Source: Octopus vulgaris
Lineage: Eukaryota
Direction of reading: 5' to 3'
Length of the DNA: 64,000 nucleotides
Assembly (NCBI GenBank): GCA_951406725.2
Contig: OX597823.1
Location: 98,022,001-98,086,000 of the forward strand
A model generated the notes under the pieces. That model saw only the letters and a list, made by a program, of their open reading frames with translations. It made no database searches and had not been told where the DNA came from. Made by a program: the position numbers and the translations under genes. This document shows positions 40,081 to 53,807 of this stretch, piece by piece (the first letter of the stretch is position 1; each line of letters opens with the position of its first letter).

Positions 40081-43000
40081 CAAATCTGTCTATTTGATGT
40101 AATGAAAACTTAGTAATAGTACAAATTGACAGCAATTAGAGTGTCGGATAAAATACCTTGCAGTATTTATCCCACCTTACGTTCTGAGTTTAGATCCCAT
40201 TGAAGTCATCTTTGCCTTTCACCTTTCTGGGGTCAAAAATAAAGTCTCAGTCAATATGATGGGCTTCTATGGTTTTTGTCCATTACATTCCACTCACAAG
40301 GTATTAGTTAAGCTGAGACTGTAGTAGAAGGTACTTACTTAGATTGCCAGGCAGTAGAATTGAATTTGGAAATGCATGGTTGTTAAGCAGACTTCTCAAC
40401 CACGTAGTCATGCTTGCATTCATGGCTGTGAGTTTAGTCTACTGTGGTAGTGGCCAATCAGAAGTTTAAAACTTGTCCCAGCCATTTTTTCTTCAGCACA
40501 ATATATTTTTCTAACTTCAATATTACAATATACTACTACAGTTACTCAGCAGTAAATGGGTAACTCTCCAACAGGCTGGCATTCTATTTAGGGAAAATGT
40601 TGGCCTTTCTACCTAGGCATCATTCAAAAACTACAATAATGCAAGGAAGCACATTGTGACAGCAGTGTATAACATTTGAGAGACTGGTTGATTCAGCTAT
40701 TTTGTCAACATAACTGAACAGTAAGTGACTGGGAGGGACATCTGTGAAAATATTTACTCCAGTAATACATACATGTCACAGCAACATCAAGATATCTAAA
40801 TTTTCTTAAATAGGGACATGCAACAAGAAATGGATTCGCTTTTGAGCAATGACTTTTTTGTAAAACATTGTGTATTTTGGTCAAAGATATTACCCAGATT
40901 AACTCTCTGTCCATGCATTCCCTGCAAATATTAACATTCAAATGTTAAATTTGAACCTTGAAATCAATCTTGGGTGATCTGGTAGAGTTATGGCACTGCT
41001 CAACACTGCTCATCTTCATTCATTTTATGTTCATTTTTGTATGTTAGCATGACTTGGACTAAATGAGGACAGTGAATTGGTAGAGCCATCAGAGCATCAG
41101 ATAGACTATCCTACAGCATTTGTTCCAACTCTCTGTACTCCTAATTCAGATCCTGCCAATGTCAACTTTGCCTTTTATCCTTTCATTGGATGGGTGAAAC
41201 TGTAAGAACCTCCAACCAGTTGCCTTCCAGTATTTGCTTTCTGACTTAAAATCCCACCATGGCCTACTTGCGTGATAAACTAAATACAACATCTTATTTA
41301 ATACCACTATCTGGTCTTTGTATGCTTTAACAGATTTCACTCTGTTGCAAGCAATCAGACTAGGTCTCTCGTTTGAAGATACCTTCCTCCTGCCAGTCTC
41401 AAAGTTCCTCTTAAAAAGGATCATAGGCACGATCATCCTTCGTGGCTAAAAAAAAAAATCCAAAAAAAAAGTCTGGGCTCGTCTTTCTCCCACCTTTCTT
41501 ATTATTCCATTCTCTTCTTGATTTTGTTCCAGCTTTTTTCTCTGTTTCTCTTCTTTTTACTTTCCTGTTCCTATATCTCTCAGATTCTCTTCATTCTCAA
41601 TCTTTCCAGTCTTTTTCTAAATTCCTATACCCTCACTCTCTACCTCTCTTACCATCCCATTATTTTCTCTTTTCTCTTTCCTATTTTACTTTTCTCTCTC
41701 AACTCTCACTTCTCTGTTTCTTATTGTCTCCCCTTTCTTCTCGTCGTCACCAACACTGCAACTGTTACTATTAATAACCAAACTCAGTGTAGTATTAGCA
41801 CTACAACAGTAGCAGCAGTAGCAATGTCTAAAACCTCTAACTGTAACCTTTGCCCAATGCTAGCTAGATATTTCTGCTGTACAAGCAAGGCATAAACATC
41901 TTAATGAAATATCCCGTTTTTGTTTACACTATGTCTAGACAGAATCTATCTTGGCATCATTCATTGTGTGTGTGTGTGTGTGTGTATACATGCACACACA
42001 TACACACACCTCTCTGTGATGTTGATCATTTCTTAATGGACTGAATATCTTGTACCTACTCGCTTGAAATAAATACAAATCATTCTTCTAAATAGGTTTC
42101 AGTGACGGTGGGTTGTTGTTTGTCGGTAGAAGTGACTCCATTTCTGAGTTTAGCCTCCTCACCACCACTACCAGTACAATATCAAATTCTGTAGCAGGGA
42201 TTGGAGTTCTGAGCAGATAATGTTTATACACAAGTTGACTGCTGTACAGATGTGTGTTGTTAACTTCCTCTTGGGTAACTGGGAAACAAAGTAGACTGCT
42301 ACCTTTAAGTTAGGCCCTTTAAATGTGTCTTATTTCAGTTGCTGTATTTTCTGGTTTACAAGTCACATTTTTTGGACCAAAATTTGCAATTAAAAAAGAA
42401 AGGTCAACTTATACACCAGACAACTTTGGTGGACCAAAATTTCCATGTGAAATGCAGTAAAGTTTGGAAAGATAGTGACAATGTTTGAATGTTTATGCTA
42501 TATACTACATCAACAATAATGAGAGTCGTGTGACTCATTAATCAAAATTCTCATTTTCCTGAGGACACAACTTCTTTGCTCTAGTCTATAGATCAATGTG
42601 GCATTGCTAACTTCAAGAGCTGTTATCTGAGAAGAACTTTGAAACAATTCATAAAAGCCTCTAATAGTGAGAATAAAACAGGTCTATCTAATTGAGTGTC
42701 TAGTTAAACAAGCCTTGTTTAGATAATAATTATTTCTGACATAAGTGCAATATCAAAGCTTAGGTAGGGAAGGGAAACAGACAGTTAAATCAACCTCAGC
42801 AAGGATTTGAACTCAGAAAGCTGATATGGTAATTGAAATAAGATACATTTGAAACTTAAAGGGCCTAACACGAAGGCAGAGGTCTACTTTATGTCCCTGG
42901 TTGCCTAAGCAGAAGTTAACAACACACATCAGTCAATATGTGTATAAACATTAACCCAGAAGGCATTTTGTTCACTCCTCTAACAATTCTACCATCCATT

Positions 43001-43756
43001 GCCATTAATTTAGCATCAAATTGTCTCTATGTATTATACCCATCACTTGCATTAAAACATCAATGCAGCGCTGAAAATTATAGGAATGCATTCCTATAGC
43101 TTCTTTGTTTTTTCCCTTTTTTTCTTTTCTCTCTCTCTCTCTCTCTCTCTCTAAAAAGAATACAACCACATTTATGCATGATAATAACTTTTGAGCATAG
43201 ACAGTGCAGTATGTACACAATAAAGACATTTCAAGAGAGATATTTTAGGAATCAAATAAGAATACAGTAATATCTTTGGCAGAGTGGATACTTGCCACAA
43301 ATGATGTTGCCTCCTCCTACGTAACGGTAGGAAGCAGCTGCCATTGCAGCTAATTCCTATCATTACATCTTGCAGGGCTGAAGAACTTATCCAAAGTTGT
43401 TTGACCCTTATGACATACCATCTCTTTTATAACTCATTATTGGAACTGAACTTCTGAATGAACTTCTCTTGTATTATTCATGGTTACTGTCATGATCAGG
43501 ATATCATTCCCTTAGCCACATCTTTCCAGTCAACTGAAGCACAGTGGATGGAGCTGCTATATCTTCTTGCCCTGCAATTTCAACAGTATCAAGTTCTCTT
43601 TAGACAAACTTCTTCAAAGGGACTTGTAGCAACTCAACATCGTCCTTGATTTCTTCAAACCCTACATCATAGGCCAGTATCACAATATCTTATTAAACTT
43701 CATGTAGACTTTTTACTGGCAGAAAACCAGTAAAGTCACAGATATTCTTTTCAACT

Positions 43757-43945
43757 CTAGGCACAAGACCCAAAACTGTTGGGGAGGGCACCAGTCAGTT
43801 AGATTGACCCCAGTATGCAACTGTTACTTAATTTATTGACTCCAAAAGGATGAAAGGCGAAATTTGAACTCAGAATGTAAAGACAGACAAAATACCACTA
43901 AGAATTTCATCCGGTGTATCATCGTTTCTGTCATCTCGCCACCTT
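43757..43945 (-). mobile_element. family B SINE
   Basis: AAAGGATGAAAGGC...AATTTGAACTCAGAATGTAAAGACAGAC on the + strand. Confidence 0.75.
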
Positions 43946-45717
43946 AGTAAAGTCACAGATATTGTCTGTTCAAATGTTTCCCTAATATCATTTGTAGCTG
44001 AGGGTCCCACTTCATCTCATGACTCAGCTATGTTACTATAAGTTTCTTCTTTCCATCATTTGCCTTCATAAGTTGTTTCAAAGTTATTTTCAGTTAAAGT
44101 ACCTTAGAGTTAGCTATCACACCTCAGTGTATTGACTGGAGCAAAGAAGCTTAGCTCTTGTGAATGTGTTCCGTCCTCATATTAAGTTTACTGACTTCTT
44201 TGATGCATCTTCTATAAAGAGCAGTGCTTTGTTGAACATATTACATCTGATATTGTACAGCAGGGCAATAAATATTTGTAAACTAGTCTTTGAAAAAGCT
44301 CATAGACATCCAAACCTTCATATTTGAATCCCAAGTAGATTATATTTAGTATAACCATTGAAAACCCTTGGATTTTCAGAATGTTATACTAAATATAGAG
44401 ACTTTAAATTTCAAATCACCATTAGTATTTTCTCCCTCCCACAAGTATCGGATGATTCTTGGAAGCTTTAAAATACAGAGCTATTTTTCAACACTGTAGA
44501 CATATGCTTGTAGGAAAGCTAATTCATGAACATTGATTGTTTGTTGTGATGTATTAGGGCTCAATCAGCAACCATTTTCTGCAGTTCCCGAGGATAATTT
44601 GTAGCAGCCTCTGTATCAACACTGGCAAATTCACTAGTCATTTTTATACTGAGCAAATACTAGCTAAAAAAGTTTTGACTAAGAAGTTGTACCATCCTCT
44701 TTTGGCAAATTGTAATACAAACTTTTAGTTTTTGCTTGAGTGACCATTGTGTTATCAACACATTATGTCCAATTTGATCATTGATCCACATACTCAAGAG
44801 CTGTTTCCTTTTATTCATCACATCAGGTCTTTGTGAAAACAATGTTTGAGGAGTAGCTACTTGAGTGCTTTGCCTAATTTTGTCTTTAAGTCATTGTTCT
44901 CACTGTAGACACTGCAAACTTTAATACTTTTGCAATAAGGCTGAGCAAACTTTTGTAAAACATCAAGTGTAACATTCAATGTATAACTCCTTTTCACACT
45001 ACTGTATTCACTTCAACTTGATTGCTTCTTTCTTGTCATCTTGAATAAGTGTAGTGCACTGTACTCCATGTTCGTAGTTAAATGTGTCTGTGTTAGTTAG
45101 AGTCAAGAAATTCCCATCGTATAATAAAACAGCAGAATCTGAGGAGAGTAATGCTGTTCTGCTTCAACAAAAAGTATTAGCCGTATCACTTCAAATGCAA
45201 GAATGGAAATAAGAAAATAACAGGAGTGATGTCAAAGAATACAAGCTGTAGAATATGGGATGAAGCTTTGTCAGTTGAAATCGTTGCATGCATGAACAAA
45301 ATAGGAGTTAGAAGGAAAGAGCAGGTAAGTGTTGGCAAGACTTTTGGGAGCAATGAAGAACAAGGTGTGAGAAGAGGAGAGTGTATTGTAGGCTGCAAAC
45401 AGCAAAAATATACAGAGTAAAGTGACAGAAAAATAAAGAAACTAATAGCCGGGCATATCACACCAAATATATATTATATTATCATGATATATATAGGTAT
45501 CATGATTTTAGTTTTTTATAGTAAAGTTTACTTTTTAAAGAGCAAAGTTAAACTTGTATCTTGAAATTAGTGGTCATCATCATTATGATCCTATTTTACA
45601 ATTTCTGAAAGTGTGGAATTTCATAACCAGTTTTCCTCTAACATGGTCAATGCCTCTGTTTACTTATGTATGATCTTCTCATTTTATGAAAGATTTTTAT
45701 ATATTTATTCAATACAG

Positions 45718-45836
45718 GTTAGTAAAGATGAAGGCTTGGAACTCGCCAGGCAGCTGAAAGTTAGCTATACAGAAGCAAGTGCCAAAAACAGAATGAATGT
45801 TGACCAAGCATTCTATGATTTGGTCAGAATTATCAG
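45718..45836 (+). CDS. RRAS2: R-Ras2 coding exon 5 (G5 SAK)
   Basis: atacag|GTTAGT...ATCAG|gtaatt; 119 nt; [39 protein letters not shown]. Confidence 0.95.
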
Positions 45837-46265
45837 GTAATTTTTTTCTCCAATTTGATTTTAAAATGAACATCCTTTTCTTTTAATTCTCTCCCTCTTT
45901 TTATTTATTTATTCTTTGTTAATTTTATCTGCTTTGCTTAATAAATGAAGCAATATGAAGGTACAAATAATTTACTTCTCTGTAGTAATATCGTGAATAG
46001 ATTGATGCTGTTATTTAGCCTCAGGTCATTCCTGATTAAGCATATCTATGATGAAGAACATTGAAGATATGGCTATTTGGTTTCATTTCAAGAGTAGTGT
46101 GCACAACACTACCTTATCCAACATATCCTTTTCTTTTTTAAGATGGAATGGTGTGATTTGAACAAGATAGATTTTGCTAATATTTTTAGTAAGTTGAACA
46201 ACTATGTAGGTTCATTAGTTGCTGTTAACTGGATTTTTCTGTGAATGAAAATATTTTCCAAGATT

Positions 46266-46516
46266 GTTACCAATGTCGCCTTACTGGCACCTGTGCTGGT
46301 GGCATGTGTAAAAAGATTCGAGCGAGGTCATTGCCAGTACTGCCTGACTGGCACGTAAAAGGCACCCACTACACTCACGGAGTGGTTGGCATTAGGAAGG
46401 GTATCCAGCTGTAGAAACTCTGCCAGATCAAGACTGGAGTCTGGTTCGCCAGACCTCAGTCAAATCGTCCCAAGCCATGCTAGCATGGAAAGTGGACGTT
46501 AAACGATGATGATGGT
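46266..46516 (+). mobile_element. RTE 3' UTR fragment
   Basis: CACCCACTACACTCACGGAGTGGTTGGC...CCATGCTAGCATGGAAAGTGGACGTTAAACGATGATG. Confidence 0.83.
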
Positions 46517-47609
46517 GATTTGAAATGCAGTCTTCACTACAAATACTGCAACATTCACTACGTAATTGTTTAAAGTCCAGCAAACTTGAAATGGTCTTTC
46601 CATTGAAAACCAAAATATCAGCTTAGTCAAGGTGAGTTAATGTACAAAATTAAAATTGAAAGGAGCCTCTAATTAGATATTCTTGATGTGAGGAATGGTA
46701 TTTGCTGTTCGCAAAATATTTGTCAGCTTTATAAAATATAGCAATACTAACACAATTGGCCCACCTCGTTCAAGTTAATAAGCAAGTTATGTATCCAGAC
46801 TTGGCAAGAAAGTTTGAAAATATGTATGTCAAAATGATGTCTACATGATTAAGCTTTTGGACTTCTGGCCTTTAAACTATAGCCTGAATCTTAGCTACAT
46901 GAATTTAGTTTCATTGTTGTAAATTGTTTGAAGAAATATGAAGTCTGGCAACCTTGGGATATTGTGTTTTTAGTGTATCATTTTGACTGGAATAGATTTT
47001 TAAGTTTCAAGTAGTTACTGTACTTTCCTCATTCCATGACTTCAGTTTCTGGAATGCATTGTGTTCTTCAGGTACTACATTTTATGTTACCCTAGTCTAT
47101 TTAGCTGAAAATGCATACCAACTGAGTGATGGTGTGGCATTCTCTCCCTCCTATTGTCACAGGATCAGAGATGGGAGGGCTGAGAAGGTGCCTGTATCTG
47201 CTTACAACTCCACAAGCATCTAAAACAATTAATGAAAATATGCTATGTACTGCTAAGTTATACTCGCTTGTGAATGATGGCCATGATTTTTTTTGTTTTT
47301 TACTTCCTTCATGGTCCATATTTACTACTAAAGAATTGTTTGCACAGAATAAAATTCAGGATTTCTAATAAGAATCTACAATTTATCAGGTTCCTGAACA
47401 AATCTTTCAGTTGTAACACTCTCTAATGTTGTAAATATAGACATATAAAGTTAAGTAGGTTTTTAGTTCAGCTACATTGCAATGCATTTCTTCAGACAAA
47501 GACAGTTGCAATTTTCCCATTGTAAAAATTTAAGTGCCATTCCTTTTTCACAACTTCACAATTGCTGTTCTTTTAAAATTAAGTATAGTGACCAGGAATT
47601 ATTTAATGT

Positions 47610-49345
47610 AGCCATGAGACTGCACAGGGGTCTGAGAATTGTGGATAGACCAAATTTTTAGAAAAGATTCCATTGCACAGAGTTCGATCGTAATGTGATG
47701 ATAGACTAGCCATTTTATGAAATATAAATGGCTACAAATGCAATGGATGCTGTTAGAAAAGTGTTCATCAATATATTCAAAGAATTAGGTTTAAAGATCA
47801 CAGTAGATACAAACTAAACAGAGTTCATTTCTTAGGCATAACTCTTGATTTAAGAACTCATAAATACTACTTTTATAGTGTGGTGTATGCTTGGAGGAAA
47901 TTCCTCTCTCTCTCTGTTATATACACATAAATACGGACGTAGTAGACAACAGCTAGCCTTCAGCTGCCCTTTTGGACCCTGTTGTGTCCACTACTCTGAT
48001 TGGTTGGTATTAGCGCAATTTGTCTTTTGCCCTATTGCGTGCCAATATACAACCCAACCAATCACAGCCTTCTAATAAGGTCACGTAAGACAGTCTCTTC
48101 TAAACCTCAGTTTGCGCCGACTGCTCACTATAAAATTCTATTGACACATCGAGTCAATGTCTTTTGGTTCCAGACCTTTTAAGGTCTAGCCACTGACCAC
48201 ACAGGATACAGACAGTTCCAGCAACAACACAACAGCAGCCACATGGAGACTCATCAACTTCACCCAGCAGCATTCAGGACCTCCATCTCTGTCGCCATCA
48301 ACACTATTAGAAGGTTGCAATTGGTTGGGTTGCATATTGGTGCACAATAGCACAAGAGACAAATTGCACCAATACCAACCAATCAGAGTTGTGGACACAA
48401 CAGGGTCCAAAAGGGCAGCCGAAGGCTAGCTGTTATCTATTACATCCATATTTATGTGTATGTAACAGAGAAAGGAATTTCCTTCAAGCGTACGCTACAA
48501 TAGTAAATCTAATGAAAATATGCAGTTACTAATATAGATTTCAACTATCTCCTAATAATCCTTAAAAATTTAGTTAATAACACTAGTAAGTACACATCTA
48601 TCTTATTCTCTGATGAGAAATCTTTTAAACATGTTACTCATTATTACAATGATATTTAAAAGACTGATTTTAAAATATATATACATTATAAAACAACACT
48701 AATCTTCATAAATGCAATGGTAGGAAATAAAACATATGGTATAATTCTCCTATAGTTTAAATGCCCATGCAATTTTAGTAGGATTTTCAAAAACCTTATA
48801 TAACAAATATTTTTTCATAAGCCTTATATAACATCTTTAATAAATATTTCATACTGTTTTATTTTCTGATTATCCTGTTTTGAGAACAGTATGCATTAAT
48901 GACTGAAAGTAAGCTACAATCACACCAAAACTCTGTGGCTAGTATAAACAGTAGAAATCTTATCAGTATAAATGTGCAAAATTCTTCTTTGTGTTACTGC
49001 AACAACTCTAATATCTGCTCTTGTAATGATATGTGGCTTTCTAGAGTTTATCAAACTAATGCAAACAGTGAAGCAAAAAGACATACAGATTTTACTGAAT
49101 ATCACTTTAAATCAAAAGATATATACACTCAGACACTCAGAAATGTTACAATGGGTCATAGAATACAGTAATAAAAAAGCCAAATGTATTTGGAGTTTAA
49201 AGGATACTAATATAAACAATTATAAAATTGTTTTGTTCATTGTAGAACGTGAGTCCTCCAAAGCAGAAGTTTAGCATTTCATCACAATCTTTTTGCAAAT
49301 TTAAACTAAGAATGGAATTGTCAAATTTTTGTAGAAAATACTGAA
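47610..49345 (+). mobile_element. decayed Penelope-like retroelement (RT C-terminal half + GIY-YIG region)
   Basis: Piecewise translation: DDRLAI, MDAVRKVFINIFKELGLKITVDTN, VHFLGITLDLRTHKYYFY|SKSNE, WYNSP, CYCNNSNICSC...VYQ, CIWSLKDTNIN. Many stops and frameshifts. Confidence 0.72.
47879..48499. mobile_element. non-autonomous TIR element, Ginger-like (TGT...ACA, 4-bp TSD)
   Basis: ~195-200 bp TIRs (47879-48077, 48305-48499); direct repeat ATAG at 47875-78 and 48500-03. Confidence 0.8.
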
Positions 49346-50282
49346 AAGTTTCCAACAACCAACTAAAATAATTTATTTTCTACATCAAGGATTTGCCACA
49401 CTGTTCAAGATTGTCATATAATAAAAATAACATTGATTTGTTCTTGAACATTAAAACTTCGTTAGCAGAAGTTGTCTTCTTTCCTCCAATATATTGTTGC
49501 TCAGTATACACGTGATACTGGAGACATGAATGTATCATGGTCTGCACATGACAATTAACTGGATGTCTGTGGGACACATTTTCTACTTTGTGTTTTTCAC
49601 ATACGATCAAATCTCTATATAATGTTGGTTCATCATATTACAGTCTGTTTACAAATATTTCAGTTTAAATATTGTCATGCTGTTTTCCCTACTTCAGTTG
49701 TTTCACTGATTGGTTACATGAGATTCAGTTTATGATTCATGAAGCTTCAGCTTGTAATAAAATATATACACACTGTATTTTATATTCTTTTCCCCATTTG
49801 TATAGATAAATGTTCAAACACACACACACATGTATATATGCTTGCACACACGTTTTGTATAGTCATTGATGATAGTTAAGGAGTTGATTGTCTGCCTCTG
49901 TATTACCAAGAACTTATATTGGTTGCTTATTAAGGTAAGCTTCAACAAGAACTGTTTCAAAAGCTAACAACATAACATCTATTGAAAGCTCTGAACTTCA
50001 CATCTCACATGAACAAAAGCTTGAGTAGACTGATAGGCATAGATACAGCTCTTAATTTGCTTACTGTTATTGACACCATTTATGAATGGTACTTTATAAA
50101 AGAGAAAGTAAAGACAAAGGAAAAATGAAACGGTATGATGGAATTGTCTCATTGCAATATTATGAGGAGACAAATTACGTTTCTCTTTTCTCTTTCACTT
50201 AGGATTTTCTAGATATTTAACCTGTGTTGAAATAAAAGATGTGAAAGATTTTTTTTCTTAGTTGTAATAATTCTTTACAATT

Positions 50283-50476
50283 TTTGGCACAAGGCCTGCA
50301 ATTATGAGCCAGGGGAGATGATGGTATCAACCCCAATGCTAAACTGGTACTTGTTTTATCGACCCAGAAAAGATGAAAGACAAAATTGACCTTGATGATA
50401 GCTGAGCTCAGAATGTAAAACCAGAAGAAATGCTGCTAAATATTTTGTCCAGCTTGATTCTGCCAAATTGCCACCT
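50283..50476 (-). mobile_element. family B SINE, diverged
   Basis: ACTGGTACTTGTTTTATCGACCCAGAAAAGATGAAAG...CTCAGAATGT. Confidence 0.72.
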
Positions 50477-50610
50477 CTTGTAGCTGTAATAATAATATTC
50501 TCCAACACTTGAATTTTTCACTTCATTTTCACTTCATATTTATCCATTTTGTGTTATGCAAAAATAATTCTCTTCCTTAATCCATTTTCATTCCTTCATC
50601 TGTTTTCTAG

Positions 50611-50683
50611 AAAATTCCAAGACGAAGAACGTCCACAAGTGAAACCTGAGAAAAAACTGAAACGAGCCTGCTGTATACTGTAG
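50611..50683 (+). CDS. RRAS2: R-Ras2 last coding exon (hypervariable region + CAAX)
   Basis: ttctag|AAAATTC...CTGTAG; (R)KFQDEERPQVKPEKKLKRACCIL*. Confidence 0.93.
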
Positions 50684-50969
50684 CATATTATCCAGTGTCT
50701 CTGCTTCTTCAAATAACAAGATATTAATAACAACAACAACAAAAACAAACTACCCAGAAGTCTCTCACTCTATTGCGCACTCTCTCTTGTTCTTTTCCTC
50801 ACTCACTCTATCTTTCTATCTGTATATCTATCTATCTATCTATGCCTATTTCTGGTTCTGTACTTTATTGCTCAGAGCCTCCTGCCAACCAACCACCCAA
50901 CCAATCAGCATTCCTCACAGGACAACCTGTTATCTACTTCCTCTGCCATTGTGTATAAAGTATAATATA

Positions 50970-51054
<85 letters not shown>

Positions 51055-51692
51055 ATATATATAAGTATGTATGTGTCTACTTGCATGCATTACTGTGCGT
51101 ATATGAAATACATATACATAGAGAGAGATAGGTGTTACATATTCTAAATATTATGTTTATATGAAATATGTGTATATAATAATACACATACAAACAATAT
51201 CATGTACATATATATATATATAGACATATATATGTGATTGTGTGTAAACTTCCCATGAATATGTAACCACACACACACACACACGAATCCTTAATATGTG
51301 TACATGTTTGAAGTAATATATATATGCACACACACATGCTAAGGTGTGTGTGTATACATATATTGTATATATATATTTAAAATACTTATGTATATATATA
51401 TATATAGGTATTTAAAATAATGTTTGCATATGTGTCTATATATCATTGCATGTTTATTATTTTTAATTTGGCAGAAGTTACAGTGACCTAAGTGTTGAGA
51501 GTTTTGTATAATGGCACTTACCAAACTGCTTCATAATATCCCACACTTTGGGGAAGAACTGCTGCTAATCAAAAGTAATATTAGGGTTCCGTCTATCTTG
51601 TTTGTACTCCTAAACATAACTTACACACACACACACTGAGAAAGAGAGAGCATAGAATATAATATTGTATATGTGTGTGTGTATATATATAT

Positions 51693-51905
51693 TAAGGCAG
51701 TGAGCTGGCAGAAACATTAGCACACCAGGTGAAATACGTAGCCGTATTTCGTCTGCCGGTTACGTTCTGGGTTCAAATTCCGCCGAGGTCGACTTTGCCT
51801 TTCATCCTTTCGGGGTCGATAAATTAAGTACCAGTTACGCCCTGGGGTCTATGTAATCGACTTAATCCATTTGACTGTCCTTGTTTAGCCCCATGTGGGT
51901 AGTTA
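51693..51905 (+). mobile_element. family B SINE, young
   Basis: GGGTTCAAATTCCGCCGAGGTCGACTTTGCCTTTCATCCTTTCGGGGTCGATAAATTAAGTACCAG. Confidence 0.88.
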
Positions 51906-52789
51906 AAAATAAAAAAATATATATATATACACACACATGTATATATTATTCTTGCAATGTGTGTAAGGCCATTTGAGCTGACAGATTTGCAAGGGCATTG
52001 AGCAAACAACTTGCAGCATTTGTTCCAGTTCTTTGCCTTGTGTTCAAATACTGCTGAGGCCTACTTTGCCTTTCGTCTATACAGGATAAGATAAAGTACC
52101 AATCACTTACCAGGGTCAGTGATATTAATTTTCTCCTTCTCTCAAAACTGCTGGCTTTGTGCCTAGACCAGAATCAATTAATTATAGTGTGTATGTGTGT
52201 CTCACTGTCGAGAGTTCAAGGGAACATGGTGGGACCAGTTAGAAGAACTTAAAATACTTGCATCTGAGTGTCAGTATATTTTGGATAAAGTAATGTGTTC
52301 CAACAAAAGTATGTTGTGTCGGTCTTGTGTTGAATCCATCACACAGACAAACAGGTGCACACAGAAAAATAGAGTTACCTCAACTGACTAGGTGTGTGTG
52401 TGTGTGTGTATGTTCATGTAATCGTACAAGTCTCATGTGTATATGCCTACATGTGCCAGAATGTGTATGTATGAATGTGTATTTTTCTCTCTCTCTCTAT
52501 CTCTCTATATATATAATTATAAGTATATGTATATGCATATATATGTATATATATATATATATTTATATGTATGTATGTATATATATATGTTTGTATATAT
52601 ATGTATATGTATGTATATATACATATATAGGTGTATGTATATATCTATATACATATATGTGTGTATATATGTATATGTATGTATATATACATATATAGGT
52701 GTATGTATATATCTATATACATATATGTGTGTATACATGTGGATATATATATATGACATAAATATGTGTGTGTGTATATATATATATAT

Positions 52790-52886
<97 letters not shown>

Positions 52887-52900
52887 CATGTATATGTATT

Positions 52901-53156
52901 ATGCCTTATTGAAAAGCAAGAAAAATATCACAAAAACTGTTACTCTCAGTTTCACATTCTCGTTTGTCGGACAGTTTCATTTAGAATGGAGAGTTTTCTT
53001 TAGGTTCCATTCTAAACAACACTGTCTGACGAACGGGAGCATGAAACTCTGAGTAACAATTTTAGTGATTTTTTGCTGCTTATAAAGCATGTTACTCTAC
53101 CTGGTATTCGAGTACTATTTTTTCCACCTTGTTTCACATTTACGTGCTTACTTCGG
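52901..53156. mobile_element. short inverted-repeat element with two divergent hammerhead motifs, between microsatellites
   Basis: Arms ~52901-52990 and ~53005-53090 are imperfectly inverted around a ~15-nt spacer. Confidence 0.65.
53021..53060 (+). ncRNA. minimal type I hammerhead motif
   Basis: ACTGT-CTGACGA-ACGGGAGCAT-GAAA-CTCTGAG-TA-ACAAT: core intact, stems I and II partly mismatched. Confidence 0.6.
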
Positions 53157-53172
53157 TATATATATATGTATG

Positions 53173-53203
<31 letters not shown>

Positions 53204-53371
53204 GTGTGTGTGTGTGTATGTATGTATATGTATGTATGTATATGTATGTATATGTATGTATGTATATGTATGTATGTATGTATGTATGTATATGTATGTA
53301 TGTATGTATATATATATGTATGTATGTATGTATATATATATGTATGTATGTATATATATATATATGTATGT

Positions 53372-53405
<34 letters not shown>

Positions 53406-53760
53406 GTATATATATATATATATGTATGTATATATATATATGTATGTATATATATATATATGTATGTATATATATATATATGTATGTATATATATATATA
53501 TATGTATGTATATATATATATATGTATGTATATATATATATATGTATGTATATATATATGTATGTATATATATATATATGTATGTATATATATATGTATG
53601 TATATATATATATATGTATGTATATATATATGTATGTATATATATATGTATGTATATATATATGTATGTATATATATATGTATGTATATATATATGTATG
53701 TATATATATATGTATGTATATATATATGTATGTATATATGTATGTATATATATATGTATG

Positions 53761-53807
<47 letters not shown>

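Noticed and set aside
43300-45180. Possible ancient LINE remnant on the minus strand (also 12400-13560 and 42060-42330)
   Set aside because: Composition is suggestive, but no motif could be read reliably by eye.
45613-45717. N-terminal extension of the ORF over exon 5 (likewise 26820-26864 for exon 2)
   Set aside because: Intronic read-through upstream of a clear AG acceptor, with no Ras similarity.
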